A stretch of DNA of 64,000 bases from Hydrolagus affinis (taxonomy: Eukaryota). Position numbers and translations under genes: made by a program. The stretch lies in contig JAAILG010000206.1 of assembly GCA_012026655.1 (NCBI GenBank), positions 1 through 64,000 on the forward strand, read 5' to 3'. Shown here in pieces: positions 27,801-42,800 of the stretch. Each line of letters starts with the position of its first letter. Position 1 is the first letter of the stretch. The notes below the pieces were generated by a model. That model was not told where the DNA came from and did not search any database. It saw only the letters and a list, made by a program, of their open reading frames with translations.

Positions 27801-30800
27801 TACTCCCTTGTGTCTCAATGTTAATATCCCCTGGAATGTGTGAACTTGCATCACTAGGCCAAACAGATCTCATGAGCACAAGCAATGTTCTTCTCAGGAC
27901 TACTGACTGATGACAAATGGAGAGTTGGGTTCAAGGGTAATAGTTAGTAGTCATAATGGTTCATTGTGGGAAATGGATTCCAACTGAATGTGCAGAACAG
28001 TGTTGTCTATCGGTTTTTTTAAACTATTTTTCTAAATAACCTTTACTTTTGTCCTTCTTTTGATTTTCTCTCCATTGCTGATTCTCCACTGAACACAGTG
28101 TGTGGATATGCAATCTATATTTTGTCCAAATTTCAAAACCATTTTGTTCGTAAAAAAATTATCAATGAAATAAATAAAGGAATAATCTGTTTGCACCCTC
28201 GCTATTTCATACTCTTCTGTTCACTGGATAAGCACTTGTGCCTTGAACGGTTCATGATGGGGGGAAGCAGGCATCTGTACATTCAGAATCAAAGGCAACA
28301 AGCGTGGTTGGGTAAAGGTGAAGCGAAAAACAAATAAATCAGAGCCAAAGGCCAGAAGAGGTGAAATCAGAGTTGTAGGTGTGAAATTAGAGCAAGAGAC
28401 TGTAACATTGAGGCAAACAAGGTCAGAACATGCAAAAAGATTAAAGCATGAAAACAGCATCAGAGTTGGGGGGTGGGTTTAGGGTCAAAAATTCCTAGCT
28501 CCAAAAGCTCACAATAATTGAGAACTCAAGCATAATTTTTTGACATGATTTTTATCCAAAGTTCTTAAGAAACATAGAATTGCTTATTTTAAGTTGTGAT
28601 TTAATGTTATTTTCTACCTTGTCACTCTAACTGAACAGTTAATAGGGACACAGAATCATAAAAAGAAATGCTGCATAAGTGACTATTTTCCCCACTGACC
28701 CTTCCTCCACTCTTGATGGTTGCTGTTCGCTCTTATTAAAACTTCTTGCTCATTCCCATACTCAGTCGGCATAAGAGGAGGACAACAATAGAGATTGGCT
28801 CCATCCTTCATAGCACAGTCTGTTTAGATCATGTTGGATTTGAGTATATGAGCTGCATAGGCTTTGCTTGGGCTGATCTTCCTCCCCCACCCCGCTTGGA
28901 TCCCGACCTGACTGTTCAGTGCTTTGGGACGTACTCCCGACATGAAAGGCGCTATATAAGTGCAATTTTATTGTTATTGTTCATCCACAAAAGCTTATGA
29001 TAAAATCTATGGATGCCCACAAATGTCTTCTCTGATCGTATGGGAGCTTGTGTGGTATCTCAGCGGGTTAAGGATAAGAGGATAAGAAGAGAACAAGGAT
29101 AACAAAAAAGTGGCTGGAGTCAGCACATTGTGCACATCAACATTTCCACTGTACTTGCAAATACATCCTGTCCTATTTGAGATCCCAATATGTACAGGAA
29201 ATGTTCCAGCCAAATAAAGGGTGACACTTGAAATTACCCCAGTTTACTGATTCAGGTATTGCTTATCCAGCTGTTCACTTCATGCATTTTCTGCTTGTGT
29301 CCTGTGGTAAAGTTGTACTTACTGGGGCTCCTTGAATGCCTCTTCCTCCAGGATTTCCTGCTTTGCCCTTTTGAGGAGAAATCACATGATGTGAGATGTG
29401 GAGGTAACTGCAAATAGCAATAGACTCACAAAGATGTTGAGATAGATATTTTGAAATGCCAATCTCCATTGGTAGATTTGCTTCACACTTACGATAAGTC
29501 CATTTTCACCTTTCAGACCAGGTTCACCTCTTTCTCCCTGGAAAGCAAATACAGTATGTGTTTTTAATGGTGTGAGATGCAGAGACCGCCAAGGTTGCAA
29601 AGCAAATAACATGCAACCCTTAACATTAACACTTAATTTAACTTTAACCAAATCCTGTTGAAAGAAGCCCGAGGCAAATGACACCTTGGAATTCTGCCAA
29701 TTTACTTTGTGGGCGCAACACATGTGAAAGCATGGAAGAAACTGCGAACTCGTGCATCGCACATTTCTAAGCTGTGGGTATTTTTTTCTAGTCTCGGACA
29801 TTCATAATGCCTGGGCAATGTTGACAGGTCAACGGAACGTTTTCAGCTCATCCCAGCCTGGACAGTTATAGCAGCCACTGTACTTACAAGCAGGTGTACT
29901 GTTACCCCCGCAGAGGACAGGTTGAAGTCCCACATTTAAATTATACAATACTTCTGAAGGTAATATGCCATCACCAGCACGGGTGCAAGTTAAATTGCCC
30001 TGAATGCTAATATTAAACTGTCAGTAACGACAGTTGATGATGGCTCTGTACACAACACATTTTTTTTTAAAAAACAATAGCTTTGCAAACCAGCTTTTTC
30101 CAACATTGCTATAAAGAACACACAAGTAGCTGGATGTGGTCACCAGTGAAGCCTCTGGCAATACATGTTGGTACAGATGAGCATTGCTATACCTGGAATA
30201 TCAGCTGTGCTGGCTGGCAGCTCGCTGCACCCCTCCACTGACTCGAAACACACACTATTCTTTTTCTCTCTCCCTCCCTCTCTCGCCGAAAACCGAAACC
30301 TGCCCGGATTATTTTCCATTCTACTTATGAACTCTAGACTAAATGAGTCGCTTGAAATTGCGGTCAGAAAAGTTCCAGGGAAACAAATGCAAAACTGACT
30401 TTTACCTTATTACCTTGTGACCCAGGTTCTCCTGAGGGACCATCTAGACCTCGTGGTCCCTGAAAGTAGTTACAACAATACTGTTAAATACCACAATTAC
30501 CGAGATCTTCTGGGGAATAATTTCTTAAGTGCATACTGTACTAAGGTGCAGCTTAACGATGTGCGTTTTAGAAGTGATTCAGTTAATTATTAAAGGTGTA
30601 CAAAGGGTCACTACATGGGGCTCACTGCTGATACAAATGTAATTGTCATGGCACCTGTCCTTTGGTGACAACACAAGGTACCTGTGGTTTGACATGCTAT
30701 TTTACTGGACCATTTTGGTGATTTATTCGGTAATTTTCATCCTAAATATAGGTGCGCCAGATAAATAACGTCAGTCTCCTGTGCACATTTTCTTGCCCTG

Positions 30801-33800
30801 ATGGAAAATCTTGGACATTATTTCAAAACCGGATATTTTGGCTGTACCTTATTTTCAGTAAATATGTTAACTGAGTTCAGGGTGATATTCTCAATTGACC
30901 TAATCTTGAACACTGTTTCACCACCATGCTGTTTGATTCTGCTTGATTAATGAGTACACTCTGGCATTTGTCTCATCAAATGCTCTTCTAAACAAAGTTA
31001 TTTGTGGTGATGAATTCAACAGCCATTAAATTTGGCAATCCCAGTCACAGGAAATGGAAGCTGACATACGGAAATCAGAATATTTCCTTTCACCGGTGAA
31101 GGAACACTTTGAATTTGAGTTGAAGTCAATTTTACTGCTGGCAGAATTAGCAATCAACCCATCCTTACCGCACTTCACTTTGCTACAATCCTATCTGACA
31201 CGTAGACATTTGAATTTAACATTTTTATTTATTCAGGACAAGACATGTTCTTAAAGACTGCAATGTTCTCCAATATTAGAGTTGGCGTTTTGTGTTTTTG
31301 CATAATCTTGGCATGTCTACTCAATGAATACAAACTAGAGTTTTCTATCCAAGCAATAAGTATGAACTTGATATAAATACACTAGGAGCAAGGATTCTTC
31401 CTGCTCAGCTCTTGTTAACCCTGCAAATCAAAGCCATAATGGGTAGGACAGTCCCAGCTGGACAATTAGGAGGCAGCTTGTCAAACTGTGTCTTCGATGG
31501 CGAGCTCTGCAGTTTTAACTAGTTCAACACCAGCAATATCACAACACACACTGGGAATCCCCCATGCCTTGGTAGGCCACTGGGTAATCAGAGTGCGTCT
31601 CTCCAGGAAGAGGATGGGCATCCCATTCCAGATACAGGAAAATTTCCACAAATTTCCCGGATAAATGATCAAAAATATTGAATAGAAGCACAAAAGCTTT
31701 TTTTAAAAAAAAACTAATGTGTAGATATTGTATTCGTACAAAAACATAAAATTATGGCATTTGTGAACTATCACAAGATTTAAAAAAAATAGATTTTCAG
31801 TTCCTTAATGTTCTTCGTCAATAAGCTCGGCATATGGTGGACTATCAGTCAGAAACATGTGGAGAACAGCTGGTTGACACACAACTAACTTAAATTAGAG
31901 AGAAAAAGTCACCGCATAAAATAAAGGGATTCTCACAGGATACAGAAGCAAATGTTTAACAGAAAAGCTTATTCTCAGTCTTAACAGAAAACAAAGATTG
32001 AACAAAGAAAACATTCTGGTTGAGAGGTTTACTGCACACCGCAGAAGTCATTTAACACAATGCTGTTAACATCTCTCCAGTGATTTTCAACATGATGAAA
32101 CAGATGTTCAGTCATATCTAATTTTCAATACCATCAAGATAATAACTTCAGATCACAAAATCTCACACCTTTATATGCCTTCTGTTGTTATATTGTTAAT
32201 AAAAATGCTTCATTCAAAGTAGATATACAATAGAGCAAGTTAACTGCTAGTCAATTATGCATACGTTAACAGTATCTAATGGTGCGATGTTAAGATAGAT
32301 TTATTTCTCCAATTAATTTACTCATCAATAAATAAGTAACCTGATGCCCCATGTTACAATGAAGGTAACATGAGAAGGTACTATTAAAATTGTGAATATT
32401 GCCCCTGATACCCACCACAAAAAATATATATTTACACACACACACACACTTGTAGCATTATTTCATGAAATAAACATAGCATCAATGCAGTGCATGAAGC
32501 CAATTATATCTGAATTATATCCTTGTATCAGAAGTAATTGAAATACCAATAGGACCCACTTTTCTGTCACATACACTATTGCCTACAAAATATACAAAAT
32601 GTACAATAAATTCACTTTACAGTATATTCTGTGAAGAGCTTTGAAACGTCTCAAAGACGTGATCAGGTACTATAGCAAATGCGAGGATCATTATATTATT
32701 ATACTGTACATCACTATCAAGAGGAAGAGAGCAGCCAGTAACATTACATGCTTACACAATTTTACACAAGGAATCCTAAAATGTGCCAAACAATTCACAT
32801 GGCAAACACATGGAAGGCTGATAAAAGGGAAGTTGAAAATTAAGGGTGAAGATTCAAGTAGAAAAGGATTTGCATTACTTACCCTCCTCCCTTTAGGACC
32901 TCGAGGCCCTTGTAATCCTCGTCCTCCTGGAAGACCCTACAAGAAAAAGATACGCAATGTCAAATAAGAGGCAATGTAACATATAAGCTTTATTTTACAG
33001 CTAATTAGATAAATGGAGGCTACAAGCATTATGTGCCAAGTTCAGGGTTATTGAGTGGGTAGAGTCATATCTGGGTAGTCTCTTGGGAAGTCTGATGTCA
33101 CCGTTATTAGTAAAAGTCTTAGAGTACGCCTGCACTCTTGGCATTTGGCTTCAATCCTGACAGATACAAAAGATGTGTCTTTTTTTAAAAAAACAAAAGA
33201 GTGAGGAAATCGATTAAATGCCACATAAAACTAATTAACAAAGAAAAGCAACTTGTTTTTCATAACTACAGTTGTGCAGTTAGGAGTTTTGTAGCTCAGT
33301 GGTTAAAAGCACTCACCTCGCAAGCGAGAGACCTGGGTTTGATTCCCAACAGGGCAAAACCCAGGGCAAGTTTCCTTACCCCATGTGCCTGATAATAATC
33401 TCTCAAGTAAACATAACAAAATAAACAACAATAAATTGATCACTTCAATCTACAACTGTTTGTGGTTGCCACATTTCGCCCATAAATAAACAGTCAATTC
33501 ACTTCTCTCACTTTCATTCACTCTCATTTCACTTGAGACTTCTCGAACGAACAAACAAAATTACATTTGTATAGCGCCTTTCCTGTCAGGAGGACGTAGG
33601 ACATTCCAAGGCTCTGGACAGTCAGTGTTTCGTACCCGAGCTGGGATCGGGGAGGGTGGATAAAAGGGTGGGGTGGGTGACTGATGGCAAGGTTGAAGAG
33701 GAGGGTCTCGAGACAGGACTTGAAGGAGGCTAGAAGATGTGAAAAGCACTAGATCAAATGGAAGGATTATTATTATTATGAGAAGAGGCTGGATCAGATA

Positions 33801-36800
33801 ATCATGTTAACCTGGAATGATTTGATCACGGACATAAGAAATGTTAACATCAGTAAAGTTATAAAACGTTGACTTACTGCTAGTCCTTGGAGCCCCATTG
33901 GACCAGGAATTCCTGGAGAACCCATATAACCCTGCAAATATAAGCACAGTGCAAGAAAGAGACAGAATGATTACAAGGCTGAAAATATCCACAGCATTTT
34001 CCACACATCTTCGAAGTGACGTATCATGTGATCATATCCATATTTCTCAAACCAGCTAATTGCTGCTCTTGGGCTTCAACTGAACTGCTTTTGTCTTACC
34101 GTGTGAATATTTTTCCGAATATAGCACTCGTAAGCAAAATTATCTTAAACTTGATGCGTGTTCAATACAATAAAAACCTCTCCTACCACTGAGCATTCTC
34201 ATCAGATCAAAATAAAGTGGTTAACCAGGCACAATGCTACCTTTCAAACTCAGATTTATGCTTTATGGATGCAAGATTATCTTGAATTATTGCACAACCA
34301 GGCACTTTACTCAAGAAAAAAATAACCTTGGATTCCAAAGGATCAATTACTCAATGCAAAATTGTTTCATACTTACCTGCTTTGGCATTCTGCAGAGACA
34401 TTTAGAATTTATGTATATATATGTATGTATATATATATATATATAGGAGAATGAGTTGATAGATGCACAATAGACTCAGTAATACTAATAATATAATCAC
34501 AGCAAATATATATATATATATATATATTCAGCTTTTGTGATATTTCTTCATTTTAGCTCATTTGAAGGCTCGATTATGTTTGTGTGTTGGGAGCTGTCCG
34601 CAGAGGTAAGCAAGTCCCAAGTAATGTCACAGAGTTTGGCATACATTCGCAACTTTCAGATGAAGGTGCACAGAACCTTGTAGAATTATGGATTTTGCAG
34701 CTATTGTGCGAATTCCCAGAAATATTAAAGCTGTACATATAATCTGTGCAAAAATTCTATGCCATCTTAAATTTTATGGCTATGGCTACATATTTATGAC
34801 CATAAAAAAATTCAGGTCACAATTGACGGTATCAAATGGAGAACTGTGCAGCTTCTCCATCAACCACCAGATGGTGCTCACCTCTCCTAAACAGACACAA
34901 ATAGAAAGTTCTATCTGATGCTCATTCTATGGTATCAGGTGGATATCATTGGTAAGACATAAAATCAGAAGCTTGAATGTCAATATAATAAGTGATTCAG
35001 CGAGTTTTCTGTAGGACAACAGCAGTGCTTGCAAACGGGGACAAGTGGGCTGCACTTTAAGTGTTCAGTCAGATCTCAGCCTCCATAGACATGTTAGATA
35101 TCTTGGATTAAGGGATATGGGGATAAAGTGGAGTTAGATTAGAAGATCAGCCATGATCTTTTTGAATGGCGGGGTAGGCTCGAGGGGCCAAGTGGCCTAC
35201 TCCTGCTCCTAATTCTTATGTTCTTATGTTAGATTGTTGAATATTGTGCTTTCATGTAGGTGATTCAACTTGTTCATAAAGTTATTACCATCAGACTGGA
35301 GTGATCTCTAAATGACTGTGCTCCATTATTCAATTAGATCTCCATTGTCTATTCCAGCAATAAACCTGCTGAACCATATCAACAGTTAGTAATAGACAAA
35401 GCCAGCTTGAGTGTTTGAGATCCAAACCTAAGGACCCAAGACAATCACACAAAATGAATGGAAGCCAATCATAGTGAATCCTTGGGAGTGCAATGGCATA
35501 CTCTGTTGGGATAATTCTGTAAACTCAGTAACTTTGTGTGTTTGCTCAGTTTCTATAATTTCCACTCAGTTTACTGGATGCAGCTTATGTGATTTACTTC
35601 AAAACCATTACAGAGGTGGTGGCACAGTTTTGAACATTTAAAAAAAAAACTCAGCACTCAAAAGATTAAATCTACAATTGTCTGAAATCTCAATCGTGTG
35701 TGTGAAAAGTACTGGTTGGATTCTAAGGTCCATCTTACAATAGTGGATTTTGGACGTATGGCCAAACATGACAAATAATGCTGAACAATTCAGATGTAAT
35801 ACAGTATACAGAAACCTGGAGTAACATAGATTCTGACTTACTGCTTACCATGGATCCTTTTTCTCCAGAAGAACCCAAGGGTCCTGGATCACCTCGATCA
35901 CCCTGAAAAATGACAACGCATAAAACAACTAGGTGCCAAACTCTGCACAAACACTTATCATCTATCCATCATTTTCTTATAGTTTGAACAGGAGAATGCA
36001 TGAACTGCATCACAATATTAATCAAACCAAACGATGAAGAAGTGCACTGCGGTCTGCTTTCTTCTGCATATTTCCCGATTTTGGTGCTAACCCACATCAC
36101 ACATAAGGTGGAAGGTGTTTGATCTTCATGAAGAATGTCTTGAAGAACAAGTTCTCTATGTTCACCGAAAGGTGCTATTTGCTGAAAGGAATCATTTAAC
36201 ATGGTTGTGGTAAAGGTAGCTTGCTGAACTTAGCCCATCATTTTGGGGGGTTTGGGGAAAAGGGGTACAAATGTATAGTGATTCTACTGTGTATTTATGC
36301 TTGGTGCAACATGACCCTTTTCTGAAATGTAAACTGATTATGACCTAGCGATCACCTAGCAAAACAAAAAGTTTCTCTTAAGCTTCACACAATTCACTGA
36401 CAAAAAAAAAGTGTCAGTGAATTGTGTGAAGCTTTTCAATGTGTTGCTTTTCAAATTAAATGCTTTTCTAATTAAATGTGATAAAGAGGATCGAATCTAT
36501 GAAATTGCTGTAAGTAACTTCAGTGGAACCAACACTGAACTATAACTAAATTTAATAATAAACATCTTTGCATTTGATATAGTGCTTTTCATGTCTTCTA
36601 GATGTCTCAAAGTGCTTCACAAAATATACTGTAAAGTGAATTTTTGTATATTTGTGGGTGAAATGCACAAAGCAGTGCCCTACAAAGAGTTGTGGATTGA
36701 AGTGACCAATTCTTTTTGTCTCTTGAGGGATTATTATCATGCGTGTGAAGTAAGGAAACTTGCCCAAGATTTTGCCCGGCTTTAACATACTAATATTTTA

Positions 36801-39800
36801 TATTAAAATTTAAACTAGAACATCCACATTGAAACAGGATAAGATCTGATTCAGTCTCACACCAGTTACCTTGGCAGTTCTTCTGGTGATTACAATATTT
36901 AAGTTCTAAACCCATCTGAACAGAAGACAGGGAATTATGTCAGGGAATTAACACTTCTGCATTTTTAAGGAATTTGTTCAATGTAACCATTTTAAGCCAC
37001 TTTATTTCTTTGTGGAAACTGTGTACAGAAAGGTATCAAACCACAGCCAGGATACACAGGCAGTCTCATGCAAACCATCTTGAACTATATCCACATTCCT
37101 GTGTTAACACTATAAATTGTCAATGAATTAAATGCATACTGCAGCTTGAAAATAAATTATCAAATGATGATGCTGGATTGGATCTAATGTCAGATCAGCT
37201 GGAGGTATTGATTTTTCTAATGTATGCCTGTCTGGATTCTTTAAAGATCACATTGAGGTATGAGATGCGTACATCTGTTTCCAAGAGAAGCTGGCATTAA
37301 AAACATAGATTTGTCACTGTGGAGTAATTTCATGTCACATTTTGACAAGTTATGCGATCAACATCTGCCTAAAGTACATAAATTGCAAAGAATTTGAACA
37401 CCAGAAGCATAGTCCCATTTCTAAAACAAATCCCTGTGGGATTACCTAGCAATTTTACACAAACAATAACTTTCCCTCTCATCATTCTTGAACAAGATCA
37501 ATGAGCTACCTTTCCCCACCTGCCGTGTCTCAGTAAATGTATAGAAAGACAGCAGAAACCATGCAATAAATATTGTCTAAACTATGCATAACTTTTGATG
37601 TAGCAAAAGGAATTTTTGTGCTGGTACTGTATTTGAAGGACTTCAATTTGCAAGTATGAAAATATTGGAAGATGCATTTATTTAGAGGTACCTCCAGACC
37701 ACTGGTTGTAAAATACTCGAATCATAACTTATAAACTCAAACGATTAATAGGACTCCTTTTTAAAAGGGATTTTTCTTGTGGGGAGAAAACTATTGTAAG
37801 GTACCATCAATAATCGTTTCAGCCTCGCTCAGTTGGTAACAGTCTTGACTCTGAGTCAGAAGATTGTGGATTCAAGTCTACATTGGGACTTTGAACTCAC
37901 AGGCTGACTCTCCAATGCAATACTGGGGGTGTGCTGCATTGTTGGAGGTGCCATCCTTTGGATGAGACATCAAACCGACCTGTTCAGGTGACCATTAAAA
38001 CTTTCTGTGCGCAAATTGGCTTTCAGGTTCATCCACAAAATACATAGTGACTGCACTTTACAATAAATTCTATGAAGTGCCTTGAGTCATCCTCCTGGTG
38101 TGAAATATGCAAGGATTATTGACTGCCCAAAGGAACGTGTCTTCTATGTGAGAGTGAATACAATACATAATTACATTTGTATGGTGTCTTTCATGTCGGT
38201 AGGTCGTCCCAAGACACTGAACACTGGCTAGGGGAGTGTGAGGAGCATTGTAGCTATATTGAATCTTACCCTCAACAAATATAACACCTCACATGCAAGG
38301 GTCATGGGATAGCAATCAGGAACAATAACTCGTCTGATTTTGTCACTTATCCGAGACCCAAAATTCCAAGTAGTATTAACCTAGCAGATCATTTTGTCTT
38401 AAAGGTTAAAATCCCACCAAAAAAGATTCTTAACATTCAGGCTTAATTTAAAAATATTTATTTTACTTTAACTGTGCAAAACCAAATTCCAAACTAAGAG
38501 TGATTTCCCAAGGTCCAATATTTTTGAGCACTTTGAAACATTCTTCGATGTGAAGGGGCGCTATACCAATGCAATTTGGAGTCATTGAGGGATACGAGTG
38601 AGAATTTGGAACAACACTTAAAGGGGAGTAGCTGCCCTTCAGTTAGATACGTCAGTGACACTTTATTTCTGGGCCATGAGAAGGACAGACAGATTATTCT
38701 ACGCCAAAGGCAGGTGCACAGCTCCCTTAATAACAGTTGCTCACAGCTGGTGTATCTCACACAGTCTGCACCAAAGAAAATAACTTACTTTTAAAGAGGA
38801 ATCAAAAGCGTTTTACTCAAACAGTAAAAATGTCAAGATAGATTTACCTTTTCGCCAAGTATTCCACTGGGACCAGAAGGCCCAGGTAAACCAACAGGAC
38901 CCTGTGAAGCGATAAAAAAAAATTAACTAAAACTCAAGTCAACACTTCATTTGTAAGCATCAATAAATGTGCAATGTAAATGATAGAGACATCAAAACTA
39001 TCATGCTTTGACAATATTAAATCCTTCTAATTTCATGTCACATTTTGACAAGTTATGCGATCAACATCTGCCTAAAGTACATAAATTGTTTTCAGACCTC
39101 ACTACAAACTCAGGTCACCTCTTGGTTAACCCTCCAGTTATTGCACTGGAGAAGATATTCCCTCTCTCCTGTAGACAACCAGGTTGAAACTAGCCTTGCA
39201 TGACCCAATGAATACTTACTACTAAATATGCATGTCAAGGCCTCTCTCCTCACAATCCTCTCTTATTCTTCTTTTCCTTACAATTTGTTGACAGTGATTT
39301 GGGAAACTTAGATGCTTTAGAAATTGTTTTCCTGCTTGACATTCTCAGTTTCCTGCACCCTCCCGGCTATGAGTATGTGATTAATTGGTTCACATCGCAG
39401 TGATTTGGTAAAGAGAATCAGCTCTTGTACCTATCTGTTAGCAGACACAGCAGCTGAGTGCTGTTAAAATATTAAGAACTGGTAACCAAAAAATTCAAGC
39501 TCGAAATAGTTGAATAATAATGTTCTTTTTGCATCCAGGACCACCTTCAAATATTCCCAGTGCAGCATGAGCTTGTTACGCCATGCTATCAAAACCAAAA
39601 AATGTATTTTAACATCAACCTCAGAATTTTAACATGACTAAACATGCTTCTATTTCAATCGCCAACATCAGATATCCTTGTAGCCTCTTTGACTAGGATT
39701 GCCAAATTATGGGAAGATTTGTGCTGGATTGAGAATCACAGAGAAGTCAGATAAGATCAACTAAACAAAATTAGCTGAGATATTTGGAAAGGTCTTTCCT

Positions 39801-42800
39801 TAGATCAGTCTGAATTGGAATCAAACCCACTTACCCGAGGAGAAAAGCCAACGTTCTAACCTATAGCAGCTTCCAATTATGAGATGATTTATGAAATATT
39901 ACCCATGGTTTGCCAAAAACCTTAACCGTAACCCATACTTCATGTTTTATCAATGCATTAACTGGTCATAGTTTAAATCTACAGCAGGCTTAGTCAATCC
40001 TTTTAGAGGCTCTGAATGTCATTTTCATCCAGATTCTGCATTAACATAATAAACTAGAGTCAATCTCTCTAACATATAATTAGACTGGTCTGTTTAGGCA
40101 TATGGATTTTCCCACCTGTGTGTGAGGAATTATTCTAACCCTTGTCCCTTATTTTTTTGACTAACTCCCATTCTGCTTCATTACATATGTGTCTTTGACG
40201 CTTTGACTCATTTAGTGAACAGTCATTATAAAACATTATACATATTTATCTATAATGTTGGTCATCATAGTGATGGTAAATTATATCAGTGCAGTGTGGA
40301 TTTAGCCACAATCTAAGAGTTGCTATACATGTGGTTGAAGCTCAACTTCTCGATGTAACACTATTAAAGCAGTAATCAGCAAATTATTCCATAGCTTGAT
40401 TGAATGATTTCAATTTCACTCACTGTAGTGATAGACACAGGAGCAGAGATTTACATTCTGCTAAAACCCCACTGAATTTTTCAAAGTCTCTCAAATCATG
40501 CACATAGGGTAACGCTAGGTTCATAGGGTATTTTGCCATTGAATGCAAATGTGAGATCAATTTCCTGCTACATATACCATATAACAAGATCTCAGACATC
40601 ATAATCAACCCACAGTAGTGAATGTGAATTGTACAGGGCTCATTCCTCTGAGGTCTATTCAATATTTGGGAAGTTCATTCATATGTTTGGTGATATCATG
40701 AATCTAAAAAACCCTTTAATCAATATGATAATCTTTGCATTTGATCGACGTCTCAAAGTGCTTCACAGAAAATATTGTGAAGTTAATTGACTATATTTGT
40801 GGGAGAAACGCGGCAGCCAATTGCGCACAGCAATGTCCCACAAACAGCTATGGATTGATATGACCAATTTTTATTATTGTGTTTTTTGGGGATGGATCCA
40901 TGTGGAGTAAGGAAACGTGTCCAAGGTTAACACCTGGATTTGCCTGGATTCGAACACAGGTCTCACACTTATAAGGCGAGTGCTCTAACCACTGAGCTAC
41001 AGGAATGCTTTAATATGCATTGGATTAAAGTGCAGAATGGCAAAATCAAACATTTTTTTTCCTGACCTGGAGTGAAAGTGACTAGGTGCGGCCAGTATAG
41101 CTCTGGTTTCTTGCCATACATCACAATATTCATCGCATCATCGCTATAAACATACCATAAAGAGCAAGTTCCTCATCAACACTCATTCATGGAGTCTTTC
41201 TTTGGCACCATTAGCTCTCTTTTCATACTTAAGCAACGAGTACTTTCCTGAATTGCACAATTGGCCGTCTTCATGTCCTACCTTATTTTCAGACAATTTT
41301 CTAAAACGTTTTTTCCCCAATCAATGTTTTTCAGCTTCCCTAGTTTAACTATAACATTTTGAATCAATTAGCGTTACCACATTCAGTGCCAGCAATTTTA
41401 TTTAAACCGTTTGTCTAACCTGTCCTTTTTATACTCAGCATGAATATAAAGAGATGCACACACACATGAACGTTTTCAGTAAAAATTCATTGCAATGTGC
41501 ATTTGGCGAATACCCAGGTAGGTAGTTATAAAATAAATAATATCATCTGGTGGACATTCTTAGATCCCCATTACAATGCAAGTGTAAGAGAGTAGGCTAG
41601 GGCTTTCCAATTCCACCTGCTAATGTCCTACAATATTTAACTCAACTGTTAACTAAGCTGTGTATAGTCCTCAGTTCTTAAAATACTTTTGATGTCAATT
41701 TACTGTGTGGATTGTAACAAACCACTGTGAAACACCCAGTATAAAGGCACAACCTTAAATCTGTTCATGGAGGAGACCACTTAACAACAACAACTTCGAT
41801 TTATATAGCGCCCTCCATACCGGACGGCGTCTCAGAGCGCTTAAGGTGGCCTGCTGAAGGATTTGCCAGAATATCACTTTGTCCTCAACTCAAACATAGT
41901 TTCTTAAAGGATTGACCCCAAGAGTTTACAGCAGCTTACATAAGGTTATGTTCTTATGTTATTGAAATGTCAGTTGCTTGTCCAACTCTTAATAACAAAT
42001 AAAAGCATATACAAAAAAAATGTTTTTTTGTGAATGATGCAACTGGTATAAGTTTAGCAGAAGTTTCAGAAACACTTTAATTTCTGTCACTTATTGGAAT
42101 GTTATATGGGTTATCTGCCCAATAAGAGATACAAAGAGCAAAAGGTCAAAGCACCAAGATATTAAGTTCTATATCCAGTGATATCCTTTATGTGTTCCCC
42201 ATAAAAAAAGACTGGGAGCTTGTTAATAGCAATTGTAAACAATTTGATGTTGCGTGATCTTCATGAAGTCTAATTTGATAGTAATAATGTGAAGTAATTT
42301 ATCATCTACTGGTTTCTGAAATGACAAACATCTTAACAAATTGGCATGAATATCTGTTGAATTGATGCTGTTTTAATCAAGTTGGTGCTTGCAGATACTG
42401 TATTTATTTTAGCATTTTATAATCCACAATGTTCTATGTCATTTCATAGCAATGTGGATCGCCCCACCCCACACCCCCCCCCCCCACCTCAAGTTCTCAG
42501 TTGAGAAGCCCCACTTATGGATCTGTTCCAAAGCATTCAATTTCTTTCACACAAATCATTAAGTGAAGGATTGGAATAAAAGATTGTGTCCTAACTACAG
42601 GCACTACACTGATCCCTATTTACAGTATATGCTGTGAAATGCTTTGGGACATCCTCATGAAGTGAAAGGCTCTACACTAAATATAAGGATTGTTATTGTT
42701 AGAAAAATATCATTGAATCCAGACATATAGTAAACTGGAGACAATGCCAAACAGTAAAAGCATGATTAAGTAAAAGTTACCACATGCCTTTGTCAACGTT

